Positions 13,080 through 21,855 of a stretch of DNA of 64,000 nt are shown here, piece by piece (position 1 is the stretch's first letter; each line of letters opens with the position of its first letter). The DNA comes from an uncultured delta proteobacterium (GTDB lineage Bacteria; Myxococcota; Myxococcia; Myxococcales; Anaeromyxobacteraceae). A program made the translations under genes and the position numbers. The notes beneath the pieces are model-generated. The model was not told where the DNA came from and did not search any database. It worked only from the letters and a program-made list of their open reading frames with translations. The stretch spans positions 1-64,000 of the forward strand of contig CAWFDF010000011.1 of NCBI GenBank assembly GCA_963814585.1, written 5' to 3'.

Positions 13080-13103
13080 TTAGATCTCACAAAGGAGGAT
13101 CAC

Positions 13104-13868
13104 ATGGCAGCAAAAGTCATCACAATTAGCAATCAGAAAGGTGGCGTTGGAAAAACGACCACAGCCGTCAGCCTGGCGCACTACCTGGCCCGCAAAGGTA
13201 ACAAAGTACTTCTCATTGATCTCGATCCGCAGGGACAGTGCGCAACGAATTTGGGTTTGAAACAGGAACAGGGAGCTTTTTATCTACTTGTCATCGCCCA
13301 GGTTTCCCCCAGAGATGTCAATTTTATTCGTGATGTGCAACGTGAATCTGGGCGGGAAAACTTGAGTATCATCCCAGGCGACCAAATGACTGGTTCTGCC
13401 CAAACCACAATCATGGAAAAGCCAATCTCCCATATTCGGGAAACATTACGGGCTTTCCAAAATAGTGTAGATTATGTCATTTTCGACACATCACCTTCAT
13501 TAGGCGGTTTGCAGGAACGGGCTATTTGGGCTGCGGATTCTGTGGTTATCCCTTGTGCAACGGAGTTTGCCTCGCTGGAATCAGCAGCGAACACCATCAA
13601 AACCATGCAAGGCCTCAGGACGGAGAAAGGGTGGAAAGGTGGTCTTTTGGGAATCCTCCCCACTTTTTTCGATGATAAAACCCGTGAATCCCGTAATTCC
13701 ATGAAAGATCTGCACAACCAATTTGGTGACAAAGTGATGCCGCCAATCCATGCAGCCACAGTTCTCAGAGAGTGTTGGTCAACTGGACAAACCATTTTTG
13801 AATATGCTCCCGATTCGAGAGCAGCTCAAGAATACGAAGTATTTGCCGGGCTGGTCAGGAAATATTAG
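13104..13868 (+). CDS. parA: ParA/Soj family partition ATPase
   Basis: Deviant Walker A NQKGGVGKTTT, LIDLDPQG, DYVIFDTSPSLG; AAGGAGG RBS. Confidence 0.93.
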   Translation: MAAKVITISNQKGGVGKTTTAVSLAHYLARKGNKVLLIDLDPQGQCATNLGLKQEQGAFYLLVIAQVSPRDVNFIRDVQRESGRENLSIIPGDQMTGSAQTTIMEKPISHIRETLRAFQNSVDYVIFDTSPSLGGLQERAIWAADSVVIPCATEFASLESAANTIKTMQGLRTEKGWKGGLLGILPTFFDDKTRESRNSMKDLHNQFGDKVMPPIHAATVLRECWSTGQTIFEYAPDSRAAQEYEVFAGLVRKY

Positions 13869-13876
13869 GGGGCATT

Positions 13877-14543
13877 ATGCGTAGAGATGCTTTCTCTCGT
13901 TTGCGAGGTTCTGATGCAGATGAGAATGATTCTATTCAATCATCCAGTCAATCTGCCTTCTCGGTGGACCATCTTCCCCAACCAAAAAGCCCATTGGATT
14001 TTATTCCTTCTGCTGTCCCGACAAAGAAGCGCGACCGGAAATGGGAGAGATCCCACCAGGATGAAGTGGCCACTTATCGCGGGATCATTCCAGAGGCTCG
14101 CCAGGCGTTAGTTTCCCTCGCTGAAATGATAGAAGTTCCGGTGGATGATGTGGCCCGGGCATTTCTTGAATTTGGTGTTTCAAATTATGGGACTGGTGAA
14201 ATAAAGCTAACTCCTTATCCCAAAGCTCAGCGCATGACTTTATTCCCTCAAGAACCAAGGGAGAATGTTGAGACAAAAAAAAGGTGGCTGCAAGAGAGTT
14301 TTTCCTGTTGCTAAAAAGACTGGGAAAAAGCAGAAAAAATCAGAAAGTAAAGCTTGGGAATTTCGTGTGACATATCGTCTTCCCCGCGCCGTGAAAGATG
14401 ACATCAAACAGATAGCCGACCGGCATTATGTTCCTGTCGGGGAATTGGTACTTTACTTTTTTCGCTATAGCCTGGACGCTTACCAGTCGGGTAAATTGAT
14501 CCTTACTCCACATCCCAAGAACACAGGAAATACCCTTTTTTAG
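13877..14543 (+). CDS. Putative ParA partner with two ribbon-helix-helix-like modules (apparent frameshift near 14295)
   Basis: Two similar modules: VATYRGI..EARQALVSLAEMIEVPVDDVARAFLEFG...G.IKLTPYP...TLF and VTYRLP..VKDDIKQIADRHYVPVGELVLYFFRYS...GKLILTPHP...TLF. Confidence 0.6.
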
Positions 14544-14612
14544 ATGCACACAAAATATGGAAATTCATATGTTGGTCAAACTTCGGAAATTAATTATTTG
14601 TGGTTGGCAGTA

Positions 14613-14693
14613 CGTCAGCGGCATTGTAGACGTGCCGCTGACGGTATGTAGACGTTGACGCTGACCTATCCGCTGACGTTGCCGCTGACGTTG
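14613..14693. repeat. Cluster of five CGCTGAC-core repeats (one inverted); candidate centromere/operator
   Basis: Perfect 11-bp inverted repeat CGTCAGCGGCA 14613-14623 / TGCCGCTGACG 14633-14643; CGCTGAC at 14659; tandem CCGCTGACGTTG at 14670 and 14682. Confidence 0.8.
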
Positions 14694-14838
14694 AGCTTCA
14701 CAGAAAGCCCGTAGACAGGTTTATTGAGACAAAGATGAGCAATACACCCCTTAACCGTGAGAGAGTTCCTGAACGCCAATTTTTTGCTTTTTCAATTCGC
14801 ATTTTCTGCACAAATCGGGCCAGGCGAAGTGAGGCAAT

Positions 14839-16971
14839 ATGACAATACCCGAATCTCAAAAATGGTCATCTGAACAGATTTGGGGATATGTCTTGTCGAC
14901 GCTTCAGCTGGATATGTCCAAGGCGAATTTTGATACATGGGTAAAATCCGCTGAGGTCATGTCCTTTGATGGCGAAACCTTCGTTGTTGGGTGTTATAAC
15001 GACTACGGGCGGGAATGGTTGGAAAGTCGGTTAAAGGCAACCATCCAACGAATGATCACCGGAGCAATCAATCGTCCGGTGGTGGTTGAATTTAAATTGT
15101 TCAATCAAGATTATCCACAAATAGTAGAAGCAGACGCAGAAATTGATGATCCAAAAGTGGATCAGGCGAGCGACGCTGAATGCGCTGAACTCGAACCGGT
15201 GTTTGCCTCATTACGCGATGCTCTGATCGAACCGGATCGTGTTGTCAAACTGCCTACCTATTTTTTGCGCTGGCTCCCATATGTTGGTGCCAAGACAATT
15301 TTTGAACTCATGGGTCTCTGGCAGGAATTTTACCTCAACAGCAAAGGCAAACAACCCAGAGCTGGAGAGAAAGTTTCAACACGCATCGAAAGAATTGGAA
15401 TTTGGTCAGGCGTCAGCCGGGCGCAGCTTTTTAGAGACCTGGAAGTAGATCAACCATTATCGTGGTTCATCAAAAAAATTGAGACTGATTATGAGATGGA
15501 TCGAAAGACCGGGCGGGCGAAAAAATCCTCCAACAAGTATGCTTTGTATGGCGTCCCCTTGACCCCGGGTGATGCTGAAGATCTGAGTACCTTTCTTCTT
15601 CAAAATGGAATACGGGAAAATCCTCATCAGGCTCTTCGGATAGCGTTACAGGTTCAACCTGGTGAAATTCTTCAATACCCATATCGCCAACCATCCGAAA
15701 GTTTTAAAATATTGGTTCCCCATCGCAAAACGATCCAGGATGTAATATCCGTTTTGATTGGTCGCCGATTGGATGAGGAGCTATCAGATCTGGTTGATCA
15801 ATTGGCAGATCGCCTTTTGGGAACGGGTGACTTCATCCTTGTCCGGTGGTATTTCCTGAAACACTGGCTTCCAATTCTTGGCCATAACCCGGCGATGTTA
15901 GTCATCCTATTACGCAATCTGTGTTACTTCAACGATGAGACAGGGGAAATTCGGGATGAAGTTTGGATTGAAAAAGGTTATGAAGAAATCGCCGCACGGC
16001 TTGGAATAGATAATCATCGTCAAGTATGGTCAATGGTTTCCAGCAGTGTTCGGACGTGGCGCACCCTCTGAAGCTCATACAGAAAATACAGATCGAGAAA
16101 ACGAAAGGAGGCAGCGGATTAAAGATTCTCTGGCTGCCTTTCTGGAACGAACAGATTATCGTTCGACTGGTCAATCTGGGTATGCCTGGTTTTTCCGAGT
16201 ACAGCGAATGGACACCCTCATCCCCGAACATGAAATGGTGAAACATGCCGCAGCTCATCTTTTTGCTCAGGCTGAAGATCAACAGGTTTTGATAGATTTG
16301 TATTCATTTTTGGAATGGTTGCCGAATGATTGTTTTGAGACTCTCAAAAAAGATCCAATGCTTGTTTTGAGACTGTCAAAAATTGACAATGATTGTATTG
16401 AGACTCTCGAAACCCTATTCAATGATTGTTTTGAGATGGTCAAACCCTTACCGAATGCTTGTTTTGAGACTCTTTTAAAGATTCTTAAAGCCTTTAAAGA
16501 TTCCCAAAAAGATAAAAGATACCTCCACCAACCAAGATTCATTTGGTTTTCGTCGATCATTGCCAAAAGAAGGGGCGGATGGGCGGTATATTTTTCAGGA
16601 ATGGAATTTAAAGTCATTTATTGGCAAATATTAATCCACAAGAATCGTGATGTTCTTCTCAAGCAAGAGGAAAATTCTATTCCCTTTCTGTCCTGGATTC
16701 TCTACGGTATTGCCACATCCGCCATCCAGAATCCTGTTAGCCTGGCAATCTCTAAACTTAAAACATCACCCAAACAAAGCGCTGGGGGAGTTTTCGAGCG
16801 AGTAGCAAGAATACCTGCGGACCAATTTATTAAAAATCTGTAGAAAGAGAAATGTCCTATTGGGGTCCATCAGACACCGATTGGCGGACTATATTCCGCT
16901 CGGTCGACCAAGAGCGGAAACAATTGTTAATCGATATTCTTGGAATTTCATTTCATCAAGCTGGAGAGTGA
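14839..16971 (+). CDS. Candidate replication initiator: N-terminal DnaA domain I plus two winged-helix-like modules, no AAA+ (frameshifts near 16030 and 16840)
   Basis: WGYVLSTLQLDMSKANFDTWVK...YGREWLESRL (DnaA_N pattern); repeated YFLRWLPYVG / YFLKHWLPILG modules each followed by HTH-like helices; internal iteron array; neighbours parA and ssb. Confidence 0.7.
16325..16474 (+). repeat. Five 21-bp direct repeats (iterons), consensus AATG(A/C)TTGTTTTGAGACTCTC
   Basis: Copies start at 16325, 16357, 16388, 16421 and 16454 (periods 32, 31, 33, 33 bp); followed by an AT-rich tract with TTAAAG at 16475, 16485 and 16494. Confidence 0.88.
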
Positions 16972-17071
16972 GTAATGATCTCAAACGAAACTTAGTGCAT
17001 GGGCTGTGGCTCAATTATCAAACGAGCCGTATTGAAAAATCATCACATTCAATTTGGGAAAGGAACCGATT

Positions 17072-17530
17072 ATGCCAATTGGAAATATGACCTGGAATCG
17101 CGGAGATATTACCGGCGATATTTATTACGATTTGATCCGTAAGGATGGAAAACCTGACTTGCCGGTTGTCCGGCTGATCCTGATGATCAATGGCCTGGGA
17201 GAGGTAAAACCTGTCTATGGTTTGAGAATCATTGCTTATGGTGCATTAGCAGAGCTGGCTTATGGCCATCTGCAGAAAGGTAGCCGTATTGGGGTCGAAG
17301 GGCACATCCAGATCCGCGAACGAGAAGATGTTGGCTCGTTCGCTTTTGAAGTGGTGGCTAACCACATTGAATTTATTCGCAAGATTGATTACGAAAAAGG
17401 GAGCCAGGTCATCGCTTCTCTTCGCAACCGAAACATGGCGCAGCCAGTTCCTGGAAAAGAATGGGAAGCAATACAGGAAGTCACCAGCGCTTCGATGCAA
17501 GGCGTCCGAAAACCGGTATGGGTGGAATGA
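17072..17530 (+). CDS. ssb: Single-stranded DNA-binding protein (OB fold), lacking the acidic C-terminal tip
   Basis: IIAYGALAELAYGHLQKGSRIGVEGHIQ...FEVVANHIEFI; AAGGA RBS before ATG 17072. Confidence 0.75.
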   Translation: MPIGNMTWNRGDITGDIYYDLIRKDGKPDLPVVRLILMINGLGEVKPVYGLRIIAYGALAELAYGHLQKGSRIGVEGHIQIREREDVGSFAFEVVANHIEFIRKIDYEKGSQVIASLRNRNMAQPVPGKEWEAIQEVTSASMQGVRKPVWVE

Positions 17531-17534
17531 GCTG

Positions 17535-18065
17535 ATGGAAGAAAAAGGTGATTTTACGATTTCTGAAACCCGATTGCAGCAAATCGGTATCATCTCGTTG
17601 GTTCTGATGATCTTATTTACTTCCATCGGCTATTTTGTTTCTCCGCGTGATGAAAATGACCAACCAGTATTATTGCTTCCTGAGGTAAAAGCCTTTGATG
17701 ACTACCGGATGAAAACTCAGGATTGGTTGATCCAGATAAACACCCTGGATGGAGAGATTGCAAGCATTTTATCAGGAACCAGTCACGGAGACTTGTTTTC
17801 TCAGTCCCACCAGACCCAACAAATGCTTCAGCATGCAGTCGAACTGACAAAAGATATTGATCAGGTGAAAGTACCAGCAGCTGCTTCGGGTATCCATGAA
17901 CAGATGTATTCAACTTCCATGGCTTATCTTGAAGTGGCGCGGATGGTGATGCGCTGGGTCGGTGCGCCTGAACAGGCAACAAAAGACCAAATCGATTTAA
18001 AACTCACACAAGTTCGTCAAAATAAATCAGCCCTGGAGAAAAGCCAATGGATCAATCGTCCTTAA
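17535..18065 (+). CDS. Hypothetical membrane-anchored helical protein
   Basis: N-terminal TM IGIISLVLMILFTSIGYFV followed by amphipathic helices; tightly packed in the operon. Confidence 0.65.
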   Translation: MEEKGDFTISETRLQQIGIISLVLMILFTSIGYFVSPRDENDQPVLLLPEVKAFDDYRMKTQDWLIQINTLDGEIASILSGTSHGDLFSQSHQTQQMLQHAVELTKDIDQVKVPAAASGIHEQMYSTSMAYLEVARMVMRWVGAPEQATKDQIDLKLTQVRQNKSALEKSQWINRP

Positions 18066-19369
18066 CCGATGTTCAGCGCCAACAGGCAGATGCCCTTGCG
18101 AATGCTTATCAGGGTGATATGGACAAAGAAAGCACCCTTCACCGTCAAGATATCAGTCATGCCTATTCGGTGGCTCACAATGCACTCATTTCCCTGATGC
18201 AACTTCTAAACCAGGATGAGGTAGAGAGATTGCAGAAATCAGGCAAATCAATCTACGCAATGGATGACCGTGAAGCTCAAAAATTGATCACCGAATGGAT
18301 AAAAAAGATGCGCGAAAAAGCAATCAATGGCGCATCCACGGCGGATAGAGTTGAGGCTATGGTTTCCCAAATCAAAGCATTAGAAAAGGAAAGGGATCGA
18401 TTACAGAAGGAATCTATCCAACAAAAAGCCATGATAGTAGACCTAAAACAAACTGTTCATGGGTTGAGGGCGCAGGTGGCGACCCTGGAACAGACTTTGG
18501 GTAAGGTGAAGGATAAAGAGAAAGATCGCACTCCCCAACAAGCGGTTGTAGTTCAAAACGTGCCGCCAATGAATCAAGGGATGGCCGAACCGGAGTGGAT
18601 GGCTGATTGGAGAGGAAAAAACACATTCGAACGTGATTCGGAGATATTGCGTATCATAGGTGAAACCGGTTTTTCTAGGCGGCCAGTCATCATCCAAATG
18701 GCAGCGAAAAAATTGGGGAAAAATCCCAATAACACTTCACTGGTCGATGCACTCAATCGCATTGGCGGTGAAGAAAGTGAAAAAGGGCTGCATTTCATCG
18801 AAAAAGTGGAAGGCTTTGAAAAACAGGGTTTCGATCTCGGAGGGGCATTACCGATTATCCTACGATTAACTGAGAGGGGCAGACATGCCTATTGGATGTT
18901 GACAGGTATAAATGCCCGAGAGTGCGAATTTGATGAATTAATCAAACATCATAAGTCACCAGAGCATACCCTTTTAAATTTAATGGTTCGAGATCAACTG
19001 GTCAATATCGGTGGTTATGAAATATTACTCAACTCACCTGGCCTTACACTACCAGATGGAGAAAAATTCGTTCCAGATATTGTCGCTCTGGACACGGCTA
19101 AAGCAGAAGTGCTCTATATTGAGGTGGAGCGCAATGCTGGGAAGGATGAAGCGTACCGCATTCAAAAATGGAGAAATTTTTATTCCGCTACTCATGGGAA
19201 GATATACATTTACTGCGACCGTAGCTCTTTTATGAAAAACAAGTTGATCGGCGAAGTCAACCAGGCTTTGAAAGATTATCATTATTCCTCTTATTTCAGT
19301 AATTACGAAGATGTGTTTAAAGGAATTCGTGGACCGGATGGCGGTATCTGGATCCAAAAGAGAGATTAA
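18047..19369 (+). CDS. Coiled-coil + wHTH + PD-(D/E)XK nuclease; Replic_Relax/MOB_C-like relaxase candidate
   Basis: Heptad region around aa 100-160; LRLTERG wing; HKSPEHTLL; PD-x14-EVER-x3-K matches the D-x(6-17)-E-x-E motif of MOB_C relaxases. Confidence 0.62.
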   Translation: MDQSSLTDVQRQQADALANAYQGDMDKESTLHRQDISHAYSVAHNALISLMQLLNQDEVERLQKSGKSIYAMDDREAQKLITEWIKKMREKAINGASTADRVEAMVSQIKALEKERDRLQKESIQQKAMIVDLKQTVHGLRAQVATLEQTLGKVKDKEKDRTPQQAVVVQNVPPMNQGMAEPEWMADWRGKNTFERDSEILRIIGETGFSRRPVIIQMAAKKLGKNPNNTSLVDALNRIGGEESEKGLHFIEKVEGFEKQGFDLGGALPIILRLTERGRHAYWMLTGINARECEFDELIKHHKSPEHTLLNLMVRDQLVNIGGYEILLNSPGLTLPDGEKFVPDIVALDTAKAEVLYIEVERNAGKDEAYRIQKWRNFYSATHGKIYIYCDRSSFMKNKLIGEVNQALKDYHYSSYFSNYEDVFKGIRGPDGGIWIQKRD

Positions 19370-19386
19370 TTTTATTGCTTGCAACC

Positions 19387-19500
19387 CCTATAGGTATTTT
19401 TGAAATCGAAAAAACCTAACCGAAAATACCAGGTTAATTCGGCGAAAATACCCGGTGGAGTCTATAGTAAGAAAATACGACTATAGAAATCGAAAATAAC
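19387..19500. repeat. Direct and inverted repeat cluster; candidate oriT or operator
   Basis: GAAAATA at 19422, 19444, 19471, 19492; palindrome CCTATAGG 19387-19394; GGTATTTT 19393 / AAAATACC 19423; TCTATAGT 19461 / ACTATAGA 19480. Confidence 0.55.
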
Positions 19501-19529
19501 TACGGAAAGAAATCATACAAGGAGGACAG

Positions 19530-19805
19530 ATGGGGGAAACTTTAATTCGGGTTGAACCTGCAAAACATATGTACCGTTGGTATGCAGTGGGCATCCAAAC
19601 CACTTTGGTGGATGGTATTGCGGTTGTGATTGGTTGGGGTAGTCTAAAGTCATCGCTCCAACAATGGAGAACTCATCAAGTTAATTCTTTGGATGAGGCA
19701 AATATGATTAAGGACAAAATTCTCCTTACAAAATTTAAAAAAGGTTATGTTGGCGTAGTTAGACCTGTAAATTACCATGCTTCCCGCAATAGAAATTATG
19801 GATAA
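19530..19805 (+). CDS. Stand-alone WGR-domain protein (WGS variant)
   Basis: RVEPAKHMYRWYAVGIQTTL...IGWGSL...KFKKGY pattern; AAGGAGG RBS. Confidence 0.7.
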   Translation: MGETLIRVEPAKHMYRWYAVGIQTTLVDGIAVVIGWGSLKSSLQQWRTHQVNSLDEANMIKDKILLTKFKKGYVGVVRPVNYHASRNRNYG

Positions 19806-19837
19806 AAAGCCAGTTTTTAGTTACAGATCTGATCAAT

Positions 19838-20492
19838 TCATCCTAAGCTTTTAACAAGCAGGTCAACTCCGGTAGAAGGATTGGGGAAATCTTCCCAGTA
19901 TCCCTCATGCAGAGAGCGAAGTGATTCGGCGTTATCGATTGCCTGCCCGGTTTGTTCTTGTACAAGGCGGTAAACCGCCATAGATTTAGAGTAATTCGGA
20001 ATATGATGGGCAAGACTATGTATTACTTCTACCGCGTTGGTGAATGCTCTGCCGGTGCGTTCAAAATGTAATAACAGCCAATATTCAAAAGCCGGATTGG
20101 ACAAAGCCAGTTGAAAATTGCGTTTTCCTGGCAAATGCCAGGGCTTGTTCCAGGGAGTGGTGAGTACCAACCTGTTCAATATCAAATACACACCAGGCTT
20201 CGTCATTTGTTGGATCCCAATCCAGTTTTTGCCTTTCAGCTTCCATGTATTGGACCAGGTAGATAGGAGTAACTAAATTTTCTCCTCCTGGGATAATCAG
20301 AACACGGATATTTTTGCGTCGCAAAGCGCTCCGAAGTGCATTGAAATAATTCGGCTCGGTTTGTTTTCCTTCACATACAATCAGGATGGTTTTTTTAGGG
20401 GTCAGCAGGTTCCCACGACGCTGATAGTTTTCTCGATTTTTACCACGGTCGAACAGTGGATCTCGGCCTGATGGTTTCTTCTTACGGCTCAT
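19838..20492 (-). CDS. rloB: RloB-family (TOPRIM-like) protein; apparent frameshift near 20130
   Basis: ILIVCEGKQTEPNYF, WCVFDIE and SNPAFEYWLLLHF motifs; C-terminal NPSTGVDLLV. Confidence 0.85.
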
Positions 20493-21714
20493 GAGTACCT
20501 TCTCCTGCAAAAAGTGAGAAGACATCGCCAAGGAATGGGATGGCACCATACCGACCTTGCAAGTAACCTTTGGCTAGTGATTCGCCCTTCCGTGGACTGT
20601 AATCCAAAAGCGAATACAGGTGAGTTGCACCGTTCTGGTCTTTCTCTGTAAACCAGATTTGATCTCGTCGAAAGAGAGCGTTATCGAGTAAGGTCGTGTC
20701 GTGTGTATTGAAAATCAATTGAGCGTTTTTTTTATTGACTGCCGGGTTGTGAAACATTTCTACAATTGCACGAACCAGAAGTGGGTGCATACTGGCATCC
20801 ATCTCATCAACAATTAAGATATCACCTTTCTCGAGCGCCGTTAAAACCAATTGGCTGAGGTAGAGAATATGCCGGGTACCGTTAGATTCAGAGGATAATG
20901 GGAACGCCACGACTGTTTTATCCTGAGCTTGATGTAACACTTCAATTCTTTCGCCAACCATTTGTAGTTTATTATCTGGCAGAGCCGGGTCTTTCATCCG
21001 GTAATCCCAGATGCCCAGGTCTGCATAACGTAACAAATCACGAATACCCTCATGGTGGCTTTCATCCAGGGTATCGATAAAGAGGTTGGTAGTCAGGAGT
21101 GGGTTTAGCTCAAGCAAAACACCTGAGAACCACTGGTAGACTGCAGAAAGTATCGGGTGTTTGAAGGTGGCTGCTACAGAAAGGAAAAGCGCATTGTCAC
21201 GGGTCAGCGTACTGATTTTTTCGTTTTGACCTTTGAGTGATGGGCCAAAGTAATACTCTTCCTTCTGGGTGTCTTTGTTCCAGGCGCGCTGGAAATATGG
21301 CACTGTTCTGCCTTTGGGTGAAGCATACAAATATTCAGTCCAAACCCGTTTGCGATCTACCGATAGACCATATTGATAACGGATACCATCCTGGATAAAC
21401 GTGATTTCAAAAGTAGAGGGTGCATTTGCACTGGTTGGGTCCAGGAGGAATGGCTGAGCATCGATGAGGTCATCCGGTTTTCGATTAGCTGATTCGCGAA
21501 CAAAATCTCGTAAAAATTTTAGAGCTTCCAATATCTTTGTTTTGCCTGAAGCGTTGGGGCCATAAATCACCACACTACGCAGCAATTTCATTTTGGCCGA
21601 AGCAGGGGTTGCGATGATATTGTCAGAAAGGGTTTGATCTGAACTGGCATTCAGACTTAATACCTGTTCATCTTTGAAACAGCGGTAATTTTGCATTCGA
21701 AATTCGACTAACAT
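20482..21714 (-). CDS. AAA_21/ABC-type ATPase (RloA/AbiLi-like)
   Basis: IYGPNASGKT, ESNGT signature, IVDEMDASMHP, QLIFNTHD, FRRDQIWFTEKD and YLQGRYGAIP; overlaps rloB start. Confidence 0.88.
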   Translation of the reverse strand: MLVEFRMQNYRCFKDEQVLSLNASSDQTLSDNIIATPASAKMKLLRSVVIYGPNASGKTKILEALKFLRDFVRESANRKPDDLIDAQPFLLDPTSANAPSTFEITFIQDGIRYQYGLSVDRKRVWTEYLYASPKGRTVPYFQRAWNKDTQKEEYYFGPSLKGQNEKISTLTRDNALFLSVAATFKHPILSAVYQWFSGVLLELNPLLTTNLFIDTLDESHHEGIRDLLRYADLGIWDYRMKDPALPDNKLQMVGERIEVLHQAQDKTVVAFPLSSESNGTRHILYLSQLVLTALEKGDILIVDEMDASMHPLLVRAIVEMFHNPAVNKKNAQLIFNTHDTTLLDNALFRRDQIWFTEKDQNGATHLYSLLDYSPRKGESLAKGYLQGRYGAIPFLGDVFSLFAGEGTHEP

Positions 21715-21741
21715 CGCGTATACCTCCTTGACTATACTACA

Positions 21742-21770
21742 ATATTACAATAAAACTGCAAAAAAGTCAA
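21742..21770 (-). promoter_or_regulatory. Sigma70-like promoter of the RloA/RloB pair
   Basis: TTGACT-N17-TAATAT on the minus strand, upstream of the AAGGAGGT RBS. Confidence 0.5.
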
Positions 21771-21855
21771 ATAGATAAGAGGTCAGTGTCGATTAAATAT
21801 TTATTGTCGGAATTTAAAATGGTGACTGACGTGCAAACAAATATCCGTAAATCTA

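Noticed and set aside
14270..14305. Programmed ribosomal frameshift at the A8/T5 runs in the ParA-partner gene
   Set aside because: Cannot be distinguished from homopolymer error given the background indel rate, and I see no clear stimulatory structure.
14839..16071. Chromosomal dnaA
   Set aside because: Only domain I is similar; no Walker A/B, no domain IV and no dnaN/gyrB context.
16325..16474. CRISPR array
   Set aside because: Spacers are only 10-12 nt, the repeats lie inside an open reading frame, and no cas genes are present; iterons fit better.
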